IMG/VR virus record: IMGVR_UViG_3300040985_001906
Coordinates: 1 to 38,057 of that record
Length of the DNA: 38,057 nt
Source of the DNA: a virus
Lineage: Duplodnaviria > Caudoviricetes
Direction: 5' to 3' (one strand)
Numbering within the stretch: position 1 is the first letter of the stretch; the number at the start of each line of letters is the position of its first letter. Below are positions 1 to 10,762 of this stretch, piece after piece. The translations under genes were made by a program, and so were the position numbers. Under the pieces are notes generated by a model. That model searched no databases. It had not been told where the DNA came from and worked only from the letters and a program-made list of their open reading frames with translations.

Positions 1-309
1 GGGTTTAGAGATAAAGTAAAATGGGCTGCCGAAAGAGAGGAGAAAGGAGATATTACACAAACTCAAGCATTACAAGTAGATGAGGAATGGTGGGAAAGAA
101 CCTGTCAAGTTGGATTAGGTAAGTCAATGGATGATATATTAGAAACAGGTTTATCTGAACCTGACTTTAGAGAGTTAATGGCAGAGGTATACAATTTTTT
201 AGCAACACTTGGAACGATAGAAAAAGCCAAGCTGTTCGCTTTATACGATCCAGAGATCCAAAAGAAAGGCAACAAGCCTATAGAGACTATCCAGAACTCA
301 GAGAGTTAG
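1..309 (+). CDS. Tail assembly chaperone (gpG-like), 3' part; gene starts at 37875 across the junction (132 aa)
   Basis: Frame 1 is open from nt 1 and continues the ORF starting at 37875. Lies between tail tube and tape measure and contains slippery TTTTTTA. Confidence 0.75.
   Translation, partial: GFRDKVKWAAEREEKGDITQTQALQVDEEWWERTCQVGLGKSMDDILETGLSEPDFRELMAEVYNFLATLGTIEKAKLFALYDPEIQKKGNKPIETIQNSES
2..93. repeat. Terminal direct repeat (circular assembly overlap), copy 1
   Basis: 92 nt identical to 37966-38057; nt 1 is G versus T at 37965. Confidence 0.97.
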
Positions 310-461
310 TACCATTAATAACTCTAGTCCGTAACGGATTTGGAACTTGGAAAGAAGTCTTTGAACTTAAAGAACAGTTAGGAATGGACAAACTGATGGA
401 GATTCAAAATATACTTTCTATTATTCAACAAGAAGAAGAATTAGATAATGGCAAGCGTTGA
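195..461 (+). CDS. -1 frameshift extension of tail chaperone (gpGT-like)
   Basis: T-TTT-TTA at 195-201 is correctly phased; the -1 frame is stop-free from 171 to TGA 459-461. Confidence 0.7.
   Translation, partial: FFSNTWNDRKSQAVRFIRSRDPKERQQAYRDYPELRELVPLITLVRNGFGTWKEVFELKEQLGMDKLMEIQNILSIIQQEEELDNGKR
328..338. promoter_or_regulatory. TCCGTAACGGA palindrome, putative protein-binding site
   Basis: One of five exact TCCGTWACGGA copies found by eye. Confidence 0.55.
412..423 (+). promoter_or_regulatory. Putative late promoter element TACTTTCTATTA
   Basis: 36 nt before ATG 448; same 12-mer as at 30360. Confidence 0.6.
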
Positions 462-1002
462 GGGATTAAATAGATTATTAAAAAATTTTAATCAAGTTAA
501 TTTTCGTATTCCCAATATAGAATCAAGATTTTTAGATGTTATAGGAGAAGAATCACTTGAGATGTTAAGGGCAAATACTCCTGTAGATACAGGTAATCTT
601 AGAGATTCTTGGCAACTACAAAAATCAGCACATGAGATAGTAGTAGCAAATGACCAACAGGATTTACTGTCATTACATTTGTTTGGTTCTATACATCATC
701 CAATGCCAAGAAATTTTGTTCAGCAGGTTAATGATGTTGTAGAGAGAGAAGTTCTAAATACGTTAGAAAAAGCATTAGCAGAAAATCATAGATGGTTTTC
801 CAAACTTCCTGGAGGAAAAGGTAGAAAGTTCCAACAGGTAGGAAGAACCTCAGCAGGATTCAAAGGAGGTGTAACATTTGCAGGTAGAGCAACTCTAATC
901 AGAGCAGGCACAGGTAGGAGACAGTTAAAGCGTAGATTATCACTTAGGCGTAGAAGAGGTGGTTCTATTAATCCTGCAAGAAAAGATGTAAAGTTGGGTT
1001 AA
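448..1002 (+). CDS. HK97 gp10-like neck/tail-completion protein with Arg-rich C-terminus
   Basis: N-terminal VEGLNRLLK and TPVDTGNLRDSW motif typical of the gp10 family. Confidence 0.75.
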   Translation: MASVEGLNRLLKNFNQVNFRIPNIESRFLDVIGEESLEMLRANTPVDTGNLRDSWQLQKSAHEIVVANDQQDLLSLHLFGSIHHPMPRNFVQQVNDVVEREVLNTLEKALAENHRWFSKLPGGKGRKFQQVGRTSAGFKGGVTFAGRATLIRAGTGRRQLKRRLSLRRRRGGSINPARKDVKLG

Positions 1003-1016
1003 TACTTCTCTATATC
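1003..1016 (+). promoter_or_regulatory. Putative late promoter element TACTTCTCTATATC
   Basis: 35 nt before ATG 1038; identical to the 32982 copy. Confidence 0.7.
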
Positions 1017-1037
1017 ATTTTTTAAGGAAGTATAAAC

Positions 1038-3587
1038 ATGGTAGTTGGTAAAGATACTGTTACATTCAGATTCCGTCTTGATGCCAAAGAAATGCAACGT
1101 TTGATCAAGGCATTAGAAGCAGATGCAAGACGATTTGGTGCATCTATGGAGAGAGTCAAAGGACAAACTGATAGATTAGGTCCAAGTATCGGAAAATTAG
1201 GAAATAACGCAGCAGCATCAGCAGTTAATTTTCAGACAGCAACTCAAGGTATGCTCAACTTGTCAACAGCAGCAGTTCAAACTTATACATCAATTTCCAA
1301 TTTAGATAGGGCAAACAACAGGGCAAAGATGTCCATCATAGCAGTAGCAAGAGCAGAGGACTTACTCAATAATAAACGACAGAGATTACAAGATATGACA
1401 GATGCAGGAATTACATCAGGTGGAAAGTATGCCAATATGCAAAGAGAAATTGCAACTGCCACAGCAGACCTTACAGTAAAACAAGAGAAACAAAAAATTG
1501 AACAGGCAGCAGTAAACGATATTTATATGCTTTTTGCAACAAACATAGCAAACGTTACAATATCATCATTACAAACAATGGGTGTATTATTAGGACAAGA
1601 AAAAATGGCAAGATTGGCATCTATAGCAACAACAAAATTACACACATTTGCCACATGGGATAATGTAAGAGCTCATAGTATGAATCAAAAAATAATGGCT
1701 ATGAACTCTCCTGTTTTACAATTAACAAAAGCAGGTCATTTGGGAGCAACAATGGCAACAAGATTACATACAGCAGCACTTACTGGATTAAAAATTGCAT
1801 TAGGACCAATAGGACTTATCTTCATTGGTATATCTGCTGCTATGTTAGCATACGAATCAAACTTGGGTGGAGTTAAAGATACAATAAATAATTTACTAGG
1901 AGTTAAAGATCCATTTGAAGAATCTTTGAAAAGAGAAAGAGAATTAACACAAGGATTGACAGAAGATAATAACGCATTGGCAGGATCATTTAAAAAATTA
2001 ATGCCAGTACATGAACAATATATAAAAATGATGAGAGATGCAGCAGTAAACAGAGGAGACTCAAGACTTGCAGCATCATACCAAGCACAGTTACAACAAC
2101 CTGCTCGGCAGGGAAATTTTAGTTCGGGCGTTGGAAGCCCATCCTTCGGTGGAACTGGAGGAGTTTCATCTGGAGTTTCATCTGGAGTTTCATCTGGAGT
2201 TTCAGCAAGTGGTTTAGTTCCATCTGCATATGGATCAACTACTAACACAAATTCACAATTAAATCAAAATATACCAACTAGCCCAACTACAGTAATATCA
2301 AATGATCCTCCAGATCCATTTGGAAGTATCATGCAACAGGAAATGTTCAAACTATTAACACCTCCTGAACAAATGGAAACATTAATGCAGTTGTCAATAT
2401 CTGAGGGATTGAAAGGCAGAAAAGGTTCATCAGAAAAATATATGAATAAAGCAGAGTCTATGAGATATGAAGCAGAATCATGGAGGCCAAGAGGAATTGA
2501 GACTGATCCTGTAAAGGCTTTCAAGGCAGTAGAAAACAGGAACACTTCAATGGAAGCAACTGATTGGAATAAAAGATATTTCCCTACTGGAATGTCAGAG
2601 TCAATATCATTTGGAGGAGATGTAGGAGATGGATCAGGTCTAGCATGGTATCTACAAGGAAGAGATAAATCATTTGATAGAAACTCAGGTAGAGAGATAT
2701 TCTTTGCAGGAACAGGAGGATCAGATATTGCAAATTGGCAGAGACAAGGTGGAGAGTTTAATAGAGATAGTCCAATTATGGACTTGCTTGGATTAAGACA
2801 AGCTGAGGGATTAAGTTTTGAAAAGAGAAATACCAATCTATCAAGACAAAATATGGCACAATTTAATGCTATGAATCAAGGAAATAATGTATCAGATATG
2901 TCAAGATTTCGTGGTCAAGTAACAACACCATTATGGAAGTTACAAAGAAACACAAAAACATTATCAAATTTCCGTAATAGAGTATCAAGAAGAAATGGAT
3001 TTGTAAATGGAATAGGAGGATTAATGCTTAATGCTATAAATAAATTAAAAGGTGGTTCTATGATTTACAGTAGTTCTCATAGAAATATGTCAAAAAAACA
3101 TAGAAATTGGAATGGAATACCTGGATCATCAACTATTGATGAAGCAATAAGAATGGGAATAAAAAGTTTGCCTGAATGGATGGCTATGATTAAAGAAATT
3201 CCAGATGTTGATCAATTTGCAGAAGATAATATGCAACAAGCACATGAAATATTAGGTGCAGTAGCAGGTATAGCAGGTCAATATGTATCAATGGTAAATA
3301 CAGCTAAAAGTGCAGTAGGATTCTCATCAACTACTTTAGGAAAAGCACACGCAGCAGGATTTTCAGGAGCAGGATTATATCAAAATATTTCTTTACTAGC
3401 AGCAACTAAACGTACCAACTTTAACAATACAGAAATCATTGAAGAATCTAAATCTAAACTAAACCTTACAAACTCTCAGACATTTGCTATCAGATTTAAT
3501 GCAACTAGAGGAGATACTGAACTTCAGGACAGATTCCGTTATGTAGATCAGTTAGAGGCCATGTCATCAGGAACATCTCCATTATGA
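1038..3587 (+). CDS. Tape measure protein
   Basis: 849 aa, Ala-rich helical/coiled-coil N-half, hydrophobic LGPIGLIFIGISAA segment, downstream of tube and chaperone. Confidence 0.8.
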   Translation: MVVGKDTVTFRFRLDAKEMQRLIKALEADARRFGASMERVKGQTDRLGPSIGKLGNNAAASAVNFQTATQGMLNLSTAAVQTYTSISNLDRANNRAKMSIIAVARAEDLLNNKRQRLQDMTDAGITSGGKYANMQREIATATADLTVKQEKQKIEQAAVNDIYMLFATNIANVTISSLQTMGVLLGQEKMARLASIATTKLHTFATWDNVRAHSMNQKIMAMNSPVLQLTKAGHLGATMATRLHTAALTGLKIALGPIGLIFIGISAAMLAYESNLGGVKDTINNLLGVKDPFEESLKRERELTQGLTEDNNALAGSFKKLMPVHEQYIKMMRDAAVNRGDSRLAASYQAQLQQPARQGNFSSGVGSPSFGGTGGVSSGVSSGVSSGVSASGLVPSAYGSTTNTNSQLNQNIPTSPTTVISNDPPDPFGSIMQQEMFKLLTPPEQMETLMQLSISEGLKGRKGSSEKYMNKAESMRYEAESWRPRGIETDPVKAFKAVENRNTSMEATDWNKRYFPTGMSESISFGGDVGDGSGLAWYLQGRDKSFDRNSGREIFFAGTGGSDIANWQRQGGEFNRDSPIMDLLGLRQAEGLSFEKRNTNLSRQNMAQFNAMNQGNNVSDMSRFRGQVTTPLWKLQRNTKTLSNFRNRVSRRNGFVNGIGGLMLNAINKLKGGSMIYSSSHRNMSKKHRNWNGIPGSSTIDEAIRMGIKSLPEWMAMIKEIPDVDQFAEDNMQQAHEILGAVAGIAGQYVSMVNTAKSAVGFSSTTLGKAHAAGFSGAGLYQNISLLAATKRTNFNNTEIIEESKSKLNLTNSQTFAIRFNATRGDTELQDRFRYVDQLEAMSSGTSPL
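2160..2204 (+). repeat. 12-bp tandem repeat GGAGTTTCATCT x3.75 (GVSS)
   Basis: Directly visible, in frame within the tape measure gene. Confidence 0.9.
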
Positions 3588-5287
3588 GTATAACAACAGG
3601 ATATGATCCTAGAGAACTTTCTCCTAAGGTAATCATTACAGACTATGCAGGTTCTACACAATATACATACGAGTCAGCAACAATAGCATCAAGTCCAACT
3701 CAGAATTTCAAACTAACTGATCTTAGAATAGAGATGAATGGTAATGGAAATTATGGTTCAGCAACTCTAGTAATAGCAGATAACGGTTCAGCACTTGTAG
3801 ATGCAACTCTAAGAAGAGGATCTTTGATCAAGAGACAATGGGATATTCAGATATATCTTGGTAAGACATCAGGAACTTTACAAAGGTGGTTCTATGGAAA
3901 AATTGTATCAGCAAATATAATTAGACCTGGAACTGGACAACAAGGAATAGCATTAGATTGTGTTGGATGGGGAGTAATACTAAAGGAGAGGATTACAAGG
4001 ATAGTAAGAAATCAAGATAAGGATTCAGATGGATTGACATTAGATGATACAGATACAAAGACTAGATTAGATAATCTCATATTGGATATGTTCACAAAGG
4101 TGGACCATCAGGTAGATGAGAATATTCAACAGATTAACTCAATCACAGCAGCAGTAGCCAATCCTGGATTAGACTCATCAACTTTAGATATTAAAGTGGC
4201 AAACGTAAACGAGTTAGGAAATACATATGCAGGATTTATATCAAGAATGGCAGGGGTAGCAAATGCAGATTGGTATATAGATGCAGATAAGAAACTTATT
4301 GTAAGAGATGCCTTTACCCATGATTCAGGATTTCTTTTCACTAATAATTTGTCAGGATTAGATGCACAAGGTTGGAGTTCAACAAAGATAGGATATTTGA
4401 AGAATCAAGTATTTGGTTGGACAGATTCCACATTTGATTCACTATACTCTTGGATTCATGGATTTGGACACTTTGCTCCATCACTTGATGTATCATATTC
4501 AACTGCTCCAGATGCAGCAGATAACTTAGATACTAGATGGGTAGCAATACCAATAACACCAACAAGAGATAATATATTTAAGATTTCGTTACGGATGACA
4601 AAGACAGGAACCCCAGCTTCTGCACATGAGATTAGAATAGTAGGAGATGATTCAGGAAGTCCAGATGCTACAGATATACGAAGGGTAATTAGAATACCAA
4701 AACAAACTCTCCAGGCATTAGGAACTAGCACACCTGCTGATTGGGCAGAATATCCTGTAACTCCTAAACTGGAAATTACACCAAACGAACAGTTATACAT
4801 TGTATTCCCTAAGTATGGTACTGTAAGTCATACAGTTAATATCAATTACAAAGCTGGAACTGGAACTTATAAGGATAGTTCAGATGGAATAACATGGTCC
4901 TCAGCAACAGGAGCTCCAGCACATAGAGTATATTCTGCAAAGAGATTAATGACATCATTAGAGAATACTGTAGTATCACAAAAACTAGCAGAACCTAGAG
5001 AGAAACTATTACCGATCAGAGGAGACTTGGAAGAACAGACAGTTAGACAGGCCATGATACAAGCAGGACTTATCTTAGGAAAACAGAGAAGAGTATATCA
5101 AGATGTAACAATTACACCAACTACAGACAGAATACCATTAGCATCATATTGCAGACTTCAAGACTCTAAATCAGGGTTGGATATTAAGGCTATCATTGAT
5201 TCATATGAAATAGAAATGCACAGTAATAACAACAGGTTAGGTGCAGACTCTATAAAACTTTCCTTAGACGAGCTATACAGTATTTAG
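3584..5287 (+). CDS. Tail tip / baseplate hub-like protein
   Basis: Follows TMP with ATGA overlap; beta-rich, WFYGKI and WYIDADKKL segments resemble hub proteins. Confidence 0.6.
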   Translation: MSITTGYDPRELSPKVIITDYAGSTQYTYESATIASSPTQNFKLTDLRIEMNGNGNYGSATLVIADNGSALVDATLRRGSLIKRQWDIQIYLGKTSGTLQRWFYGKIVSANIIRPGTGQQGIALDCVGWGVILKERITRIVRNQDKDSDGLTLDDTDTKTRLDNLILDMFTKVDHQVDENIQQINSITAAVANPGLDSSTLDIKVANVNELGNTYAGFISRMAGVANADWYIDADKKLIVRDAFTHDSGFLFTNNLSGLDAQGWSSTKIGYLKNQVFGWTDSTFDSLYSWIHGFGHFAPSLDVSYSTAPDAADNLDTRWVAIPITPTRDNIFKISLRMTKTGTPASAHEIRIVGDDSGSPDATDIRRVIRIPKQTLQALGTSTPADWAEYPVTPKLEITPNEQLYIVFPKYGTVSHTVNINYKAGTGTYKDSSDGITWSSATGAPAHRVYSAKRLMTSLENTVVSQKLAEPREKLLPIRGDLEEQTVRQAMIQAGLILGKQRRVYQDVTITPTTDRIPLASYCRLQDSKSGLDIKAIIDSYEIEMHSNNNRLGADSIKLSLDELYSI

Positions 5288-5289
5288 GT

Positions 5290-6072
5290 ATGTCAAGCAA
5301 TATCAATGATTATGTCAGGCCAACTGATAAATCCTCACGTAGAGACATCAATAAAATACTTTCCTTAATACATGATTTAGTAGCCCAAGAACCTGAATCA
5401 GAGGGATTACAACAAAGGATATGCTTTACACCTCACGTTAAACGTATGACCAATACGGTTACTTTCGGAACTACAACAGTATCAAATACTGATGATAGGG
5501 ATATTCAAAACTTTGTATTCAGAAAGAAGATACCCTCAGAAGTTACTGTATATGATTTAATCCATACAACTACAGGAAGTCTATCATTCTCAACAAGTGG
5601 TACAAAATTGGGTGGAGGAGCAACATTTGATGGATCATCATATGTAACAATTACAGATCATGCAGAGTTGTCTCCAACATCTTTCTCATTTGGTGGTTGG
5701 TTTTATCTACCAGCAACTGCCTCATCTGATACAGCATCTCAGAGCCTTATATCAAAAGGGGTATATGAATTGACTATAGATCCTCATTCTACAACAGCAA
5801 ATCAATTAAGGGCAACTATCAACTTATTTGGAGATTCAGATTTATTAACTGAAACAGGAGCAACATTACAAACAGAGGATTCTCAGACTATAGTAGGAGA
5901 TGCAACCAGGGATGAAGAGGTTACATATGCCTTTAATCCTAATGCTTGGAATCATATATGGACAACATTTGGATCTAATGGTCTTAAACTTTATCTAAAT
6001 AATTCACTTGTAGCCACTAATTCTTCAATAGGTACTATACAGACAAATTCAGATAATCTAGTTATAGGATAA
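5290..6072 (+). CDS. Tail protein with LamG/ConA-like domain that stops early
   Basis: [30 protein letters not shown] motifs; ends at NLVIG. Confidence 0.7.
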   Translation: MSSNINDYVRPTDKSSRRDINKILSLIHDLVAQEPESEGLQQRICFTPHVKRMTNTVTFGTTTVSNTDDRDIQNFVFRKKIPSEVTVYDLIHTTTGSLSFSTSGTKLGGGATFDGSSYVTITDHAELSPTSFSFGGWFYLPATASSDTASQSLISKGVYELTIDPHSTTANQLRATINLFGDSDLLTETGATLQTEDSQTIVGDATRDEEVTYAFNPNAWNHIWTTFGSNGLKLYLNNSLVATNSSIGTIQTNSDNLVIG

Positions 6073-6073
6073 A

Positions 6074-6087
6074 TACTTCTCTTTGTT
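6074..6087 (+). promoter_or_regulatory. Putative late promoter element TACTTCTCTTTGTT
   Basis: 34 nt before ATG 6108; identical to the 12010 copy. Confidence 0.7.
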
Positions 6088-6107
6088 ATAATATTTTATT
6101 AAAAATC

Positions 6108-7115
6108 ATGGTAAAGATTACTGCCTTAACTAATGAAGCTACTCCAGTAGAAGCAGATTTAGTTGCTATTGTGGATAATGTATCTGGAACTGCTGTTACA
6201 AAAAAGGCAACTTTAGGAGCAGTATTATCAGCTTATGATGCCAAGACGGCAACTATGACAAATAAGACTTTAACTTCTCCAACATTAACAACTCCAGCAT
6301 TGGGAACTCCTGCAAGTGGAGTATTAACAAACTGTACTGGATTACCAATGGGAGGATTATCAACATCAGGATCAGCAAGTTCATCTACTTATCTTAGAGG
6401 AGACGGAGCATGGTCCACAGTAGATTCAAGTCCACTTACTACAAAAGGAGATTTATATGTTCATACAGGTTCAGCTAATGCAAGACTCGCTGCTGGTACA
6501 AACGGATATTTTCTTAAAGCAGATTCAAGTGCATCATCAGGATTGACCTGGGGAACAGTATCTTCATATTCAGCACCAACAATCGGTAGCACATCAATAG
6601 CATCAGGATCAACAAATGCAACTATAGCAGGATTAACATTAACAACACCTAACATTGGAACTCCATCAGCAGGAACTTTAACATCATGTACTGGATTACC
6701 ATTAACATCAGGAGTTACAGGAACTCTTCCAGTAGCAAATGGTGGTACAAATATCACATCATACACAGCAGGAGATATTGTATATGCAACAGGTACAACA
6801 GCTTTATCAAAATTAGCAAAAGGAACAGCAGCACAGGTCCTTACAATGAACTCAGGAGCTACTGCACCTGAATGGGCTACAGCTTCTAGTGGAGGTGGAG
6901 CAACAGCAACACACGCATATACTAATCAAAGTAGCACATCATATAGAGGAACTGCATCAGCAGGAACAGGTATAGATGTAGGAGTAGCAATAGCAACAGA
7001 AGCTAGTGGAGCAGGAGAAAGAGAAATTTATATTAGAAAAATTGATACTAATAATGAGGGAGTATTTACGGTCATTCACAAAAATGGAACAACAGTAGAG
7101 GTTCAAATTGCATAG
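6108..7115 (+). CDS. Virion fibre protein
   Basis: KITAL N-terminus; Thr/Gly-rich fibre motifs [32 protein letters not shown]. Confidence 0.75.
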   Translation: MVKITALTNEATPVEADLVAIVDNVSGTAVTKKATLGAVLSAYDAKTATMTNKTLTSPTLTTPALGTPASGVLTNCTGLPMGGLSTSGSASSSTYLRGDGAWSTVDSSPLTTKGDLYVHTGSANARLAAGTNGYFLKADSSASSGLTWGTVSSYSAPTIGSTSIASGSTNATIAGLTLTTPNIGTPSAGTLTSCTGLPLTSGVTGTLPVANGGTNITSYTAGDIVYATGTTALSKLAKGTAAQVLTMNSGATAPEWATASSGGGATATHAYTNQSSTSYRGTASAGTGIDVGVAIATEASGAGEREIYIRKIDTNNEGVFTVIHKNGTTVEVQIA

Positions 7116-7131
7116 GTGGAATGATTGACTA

Positions 7132-8556
7132 ATGGCAATTACATATCACGCAGGTAGAAGAATACAAGGATTATCTGATACAACACTTGGTGATTCAGGT
7201 TGGGTTACAAGTGATTCAACTTACATAAATGTTAATACAACAACTGAAAAAATAGATTGGGATTTGAAAAATGATAATACAGACGATCATATTACCTACA
7301 ATTTGGGAACAGCACTTAGCGATACGTTATGGGTGTTTCGTTGCACATTTAGATTTTCTACTGCAAGTGGTATAGCACAGTTTTTTGCAGGAATGAGTTC
7401 AACAGGAGGAGGTCAAAATACAACACAAGACTTTATTGGTGCTTGTATATTAACAGGAGACAATCAATTTAGGTCAGTAGATTCTGATGGTGCTACTATA
7501 CCAGTAACTGGAGATAACCTAGCCAGTTATAGTTGGGCAAGTAATACAGATTACTTTTTAGAAATAAAAAGAACTTCTGCAACTGCATACTCTTGCACAG
7601 TTAGAACAGTAAGTCATGCAGGATCAACTGTAGCTACTGCATCAGGAACTTGCACTAATACAACTGTTGGATTACAGTACATACTCTTTGCAAATAGGGT
7701 TGATAGTAATGGTGGTTCTCCTGATTTAACCATTGATGATATTTTAATAGATGATGGTACTAGCACATATTCTAGTGCTGATTATGAATTTGACTTTGGA
7801 GTGCAAGCTAATAAACCAACTAATGTCCAAGTAGGAAGTAGATTTGAAGAAACAGATACTAGAAAGATGTATCATTATGAAAGTCCATCAGTAACATTTG
7901 AAGATGTATTTGATGGTACACATACTTGGACACATTCACACGCAAACACATCTATTAGTGGTGGTGTATTAAATTGGAACTCGAAGTTAAATGGAAATGT
8001 AAATGAAGAAGCATATATATCTCTTGGAACTACATTAAGTGATACTGCATTTGTTTGTGATTTTGATGTAACTATTGATAATTGGACACAAGGATCATTT
8101 CCAAATAATATTGCATTTGGTGTATGTCTATCAAATAATACAGCCGATTATGGTACATCTCAAGATTCAATAGAAATTAGATGGAGAGGTACTGCCTCTA
8201 TTAGAAAAATTGAGGTTTACGACCATATAGGTTCAGCACCTGAGCCAGCATCAGCAGATCAATTATTTACAGAGACTATTAGTGAGAAAACATTTTATGT
8301 TAGATTTACTAGACTTTCTGATTCATCTTACACAATAGCATTATTTCCAAATTCAGCAGATAGAGATGCTGGAACTAATGCAGATGAAACAAAAACAGGT
8401 ACAACAACTTCATCATTAAATGCTTTACAATATGCTAAAGTGTTCATTACAGAAGATGCAAATACAAACCATGTTCTAAATGGTACATTAGATAATTTGA
8501 AAATTTACAATGGAATAACATCTCCTGACAACGCATGGGAGGAGCTTGGAACATGA
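7132..8556 (+). CDS. Modular adhesin 1 (split scaffold plus two beta-sandwich modules)
   Basis: Paralogous blocks shared with the 8553 and 10756 ORFs. Confidence 0.65.
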   Translation: MAITYHAGRRIQGLSDTTLGDSGWVTSDSTYINVNTTTEKIDWDLKNDNTDDHITYNLGTALSDTLWVFRCTFRFSTASGIAQFFAGMSSTGGGQNTTQDFIGACILTGDNQFRSVDSDGATIPVTGDNLASYSWASNTDYFLEIKRTSATAYSCTVRTVSHAGSTVATASGTCTNTTVGLQYILFANRVDSNGGSPDLTIDDILIDDGTSTYSSADYEFDFGVQANKPTNVQVGSRFEETDTRKMYHYESPSVTFEDVFDGTHTWTHSHANTSISGGVLNWNSKLNGNVNEEAYISLGTTLSDTAFVCDFDVTIDNWTQGSFPNNIAFGVCLSNNTADYGTSQDSIEIRWRGTASIRKIEVYDHIGSAPEPASADQLFTETISEKTFYVRFTRLSDSSYTIALFPNSADRDAGTNADETKTGTTTSSLNALQYAKVFITEDANTNHVLNGTLDNLKIYNGITSPDNAWEELGT

Positions 8557-10505
8557 CCATAGAATACAAAGATAGTAAACGAATTATAACATCTCCTAGT
8601 TCAGCTACAAGTGTTCAAGGTTATAGTCAATTAAACGCTGGAACAAATGGGTGGAATATAGCTAGTGGTGCACTTGATGGAGAAAGATTATCATTACAAA
8701 TTGTTTCTGGATCTTCAATAATTGCTGATCCAATTAAAGAAATTAAAATGAAATTATCTAAAAATAGTTCCCCTACTGATACATTTTATGTCAGAGTTAG
8801 AAACAGTTCAGATACTATTCTTGCAGAAGCAAGTATGGATTCATCAACAATATCAGCAAGTTTAACAGAATATACTTTCACACTTAATACAGGTGTAATA
8901 TTGGCACAAGGGGATAGAATAAATGCTGAATATACAGGCTCATCTGGATCTGGAAATGTAAGTTGTGGAGTAAATAATGCAACAGAACCCTCTACTGTAA
9001 ATTGTCAAAAATATGACGGTAGTAGTTATTCAGATATAGATAGAACTCCAGATTGGCAATTTGATTCTAGTCCATCAACTACAATATCAATACTTCAAGA
9101 TAAACCAACTGACGTACAAGACAATTCCATTCTAGTAGAGAAAGATACTGCTAAGAGATATTGGTCTACATCAGCACCAACATTTGAAGATGATTTTACA
9201 AGTGATAAAGGTTGGGCAGAATCAGGAACTGAATTTACTATAGATACATCAACAAATCATAGAATAGACTTTGCTTTAAAAAGAGATGGTGCTGATCATG
9301 AAGTCTATAAGGATTTAACATCTGTAAGTGATACTGCTTGGGTATTGCGTATGCACTTAAATTTTACAGGTAATACTAATGCTGATTCTTACGATTCTCA
9401 AACATTCTTTGGATTATCTTCTACAAATGGAGCTTACTCAGGAACACAAGACGCCATAGGTTTAGAGATAAGATGGGGAATTGATGATGATTATAAAACT
9501 GGAAGTGCAAATGGATCATTATTACCTTTTGATAACACAAGCACTTTTAGTACAGCATTTACTTCAACTGATGAATATTGGGTAGAAATTATTAGAGAAT
9601 CAGAAACATCATTTACTATTGAATTATTTAGTGATTCTACATATACAACAAGTGTTGAAAAAGTAACAGAAACAACATCATCAGGAGTTTCAGGACTTCA
9701 ATATATTGTAGGTAAAATGAGAAGTAGTTCAAGTAGAGCAGAAATACAAAATGGTTATTTAGATGATATTGAATTTTACAATGGTGTAACAACAGCAACA
9801 CCTATTACTACTTGGACTCCTAGTTATCCTGATGATATATCAAATTTATACGCTTGGTATGATGCTAATGATTCAACAACAATTACAAAATCATCCGATA
9901 GGGTATCTGCATGGACAAATAAAGAGGGAACATCTGTCAGAGATTTAAATCAAGGCACATCAGGATCACAACCATTATGGGTATCAGCAGATAAAAATGG
10001 TAAAGATGTCATTGATTTTGCTTCAAGTCGTTATATACTTACTGATGCAAATTTAACCTCTGTATCTTCTGCAACAACTACATTTATTGTAACTCAAATA
10101 CCAGCTAGTAGTGTTAATATTAATCATAGTATGTCAAATAGAAATAACACTACATGGCATCCACTTTACAAAGAAGATAATAATAGTATAAGGGTTTCAA
10201 ATACTTCGGGTGGAGCTTATGTCATAGATAACCCACCAAGTTTGGAATCTTGGACTTATGCAACCATTATAGCAAATGGAACATCAGGATTTGTTAGAAC
10301 CAATGGAGTATTAGAGACAACCGTTCCTACTTCTCCTACTGGATCAGCTAATGCTTTTGTAGGTCTATCAGTAGGAAGATATGAATCTATAGCAGGAAGT
10401 TATTGGAATGAAAAAATTGCAGAAATAATTATTTATGATAGATTACTAACCACATCTGAAATAGAAGGTGTAGAAGCATATCTAAAGGTTAAATGGGGAT
10501 TATAA
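8553..10505 (+). CDS. Modular adhesin 2 (split scaffold, modules, C-terminal LamG-like domain)
   Basis: ATG 8553 overlaps the previous TGA; LYAWYDA...IAEIIIYDRLL...YLKVKWGL C-terminal domain. Confidence 0.65.
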   Translation: MTIEYKDSKRIITSPSSATSVQGYSQLNAGTNGWNIASGALDGERLSLQIVSGSSIIADPIKEIKMKLSKNSSPTDTFYVRVRNSSDTILAEASMDSSTISASLTEYTFTLNTGVILAQGDRINAEYTGSSGSGNVSCGVNNATEPSTVNCQKYDGSSYSDIDRTPDWQFDSSPSTTISILQDKPTDVQDNSILVEKDTAKRYWSTSAPTFEDDFTSDKGWAESGTEFTIDTSTNHRIDFALKRDGADHEVYKDLTSVSDTAWVLRMHLNFTGNTNADSYDSQTFFGLSSTNGAYSGTQDAIGLEIRWGIDDDYKTGSANGSLLPFDNTSTFSTAFTSTDEYWVEIIRESETSFTIELFSDSTYTTSVEKVTETTSSGVSGLQYIVGKMRSSSSRAEIQNGYLDDIEFYNGVTTATPITTWTPSYPDDISNLYAWYDANDSTTITKSSDRVSAWTNKEGTSVRDLNQGTSGSQPLWVSADKNGKDVIDFASSRYILTDANLTSVSSATTTFIVTQIPASSVNINHSMSNRNNTTWHPLYKEDNNSIRVSNTSGGAYVIDNPPSLESWTYATIIANGTSGFVRTNGVLETTVPTSPTGSANAFVGLSVGRYESIAGSYWNEKIAEIIIYDRLLTTSEIEGVEAYLKVKWGL

Positions 10506-10762
10506 TGAGCCAAGAATACTATGACCACTTAAACGAGGGGGAAAAATATTTCTGTGATAAATGTCAAGTGGCAACACTAGGAGCTCACGAATATGAACAA
10601 TATATCGTAATGCAATATCATTACTGTGAGCCATGTTGGAACTATGTCCATCTAAAGAAAGGCACTTGTGATAAATGTGGTAGTAAAATGACCAATAGAA
10701 GTGAACAGGGAAAAACTTCTGTTGTATGCAGTTGTGGAAATGAGGTAGAGTTAAAATGGTAG
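10505..10762 (+). CDS. Small multi-CxxC zinc-binding protein
   Basis: CDKC, CEPC, CDKC, CSC; TAATG overlap with the upstream gene. Confidence 0.6.
   Translation: MSQEYYDHLNEGEKYFCDKCQVATLGAHEYEQYIVMQYHYCEPCWNYVHLKKGTCDKCGSKMTNRSEQGKTSVVCSCGNEVELKW

Noticed and set aside
1736-2836. Long minus-strand ORFs, and similar ones opposite MCM, capsid, portal and tube genes
   Set aside because: Antisense shadows of well-supported plus-strand genes, with no motifs.
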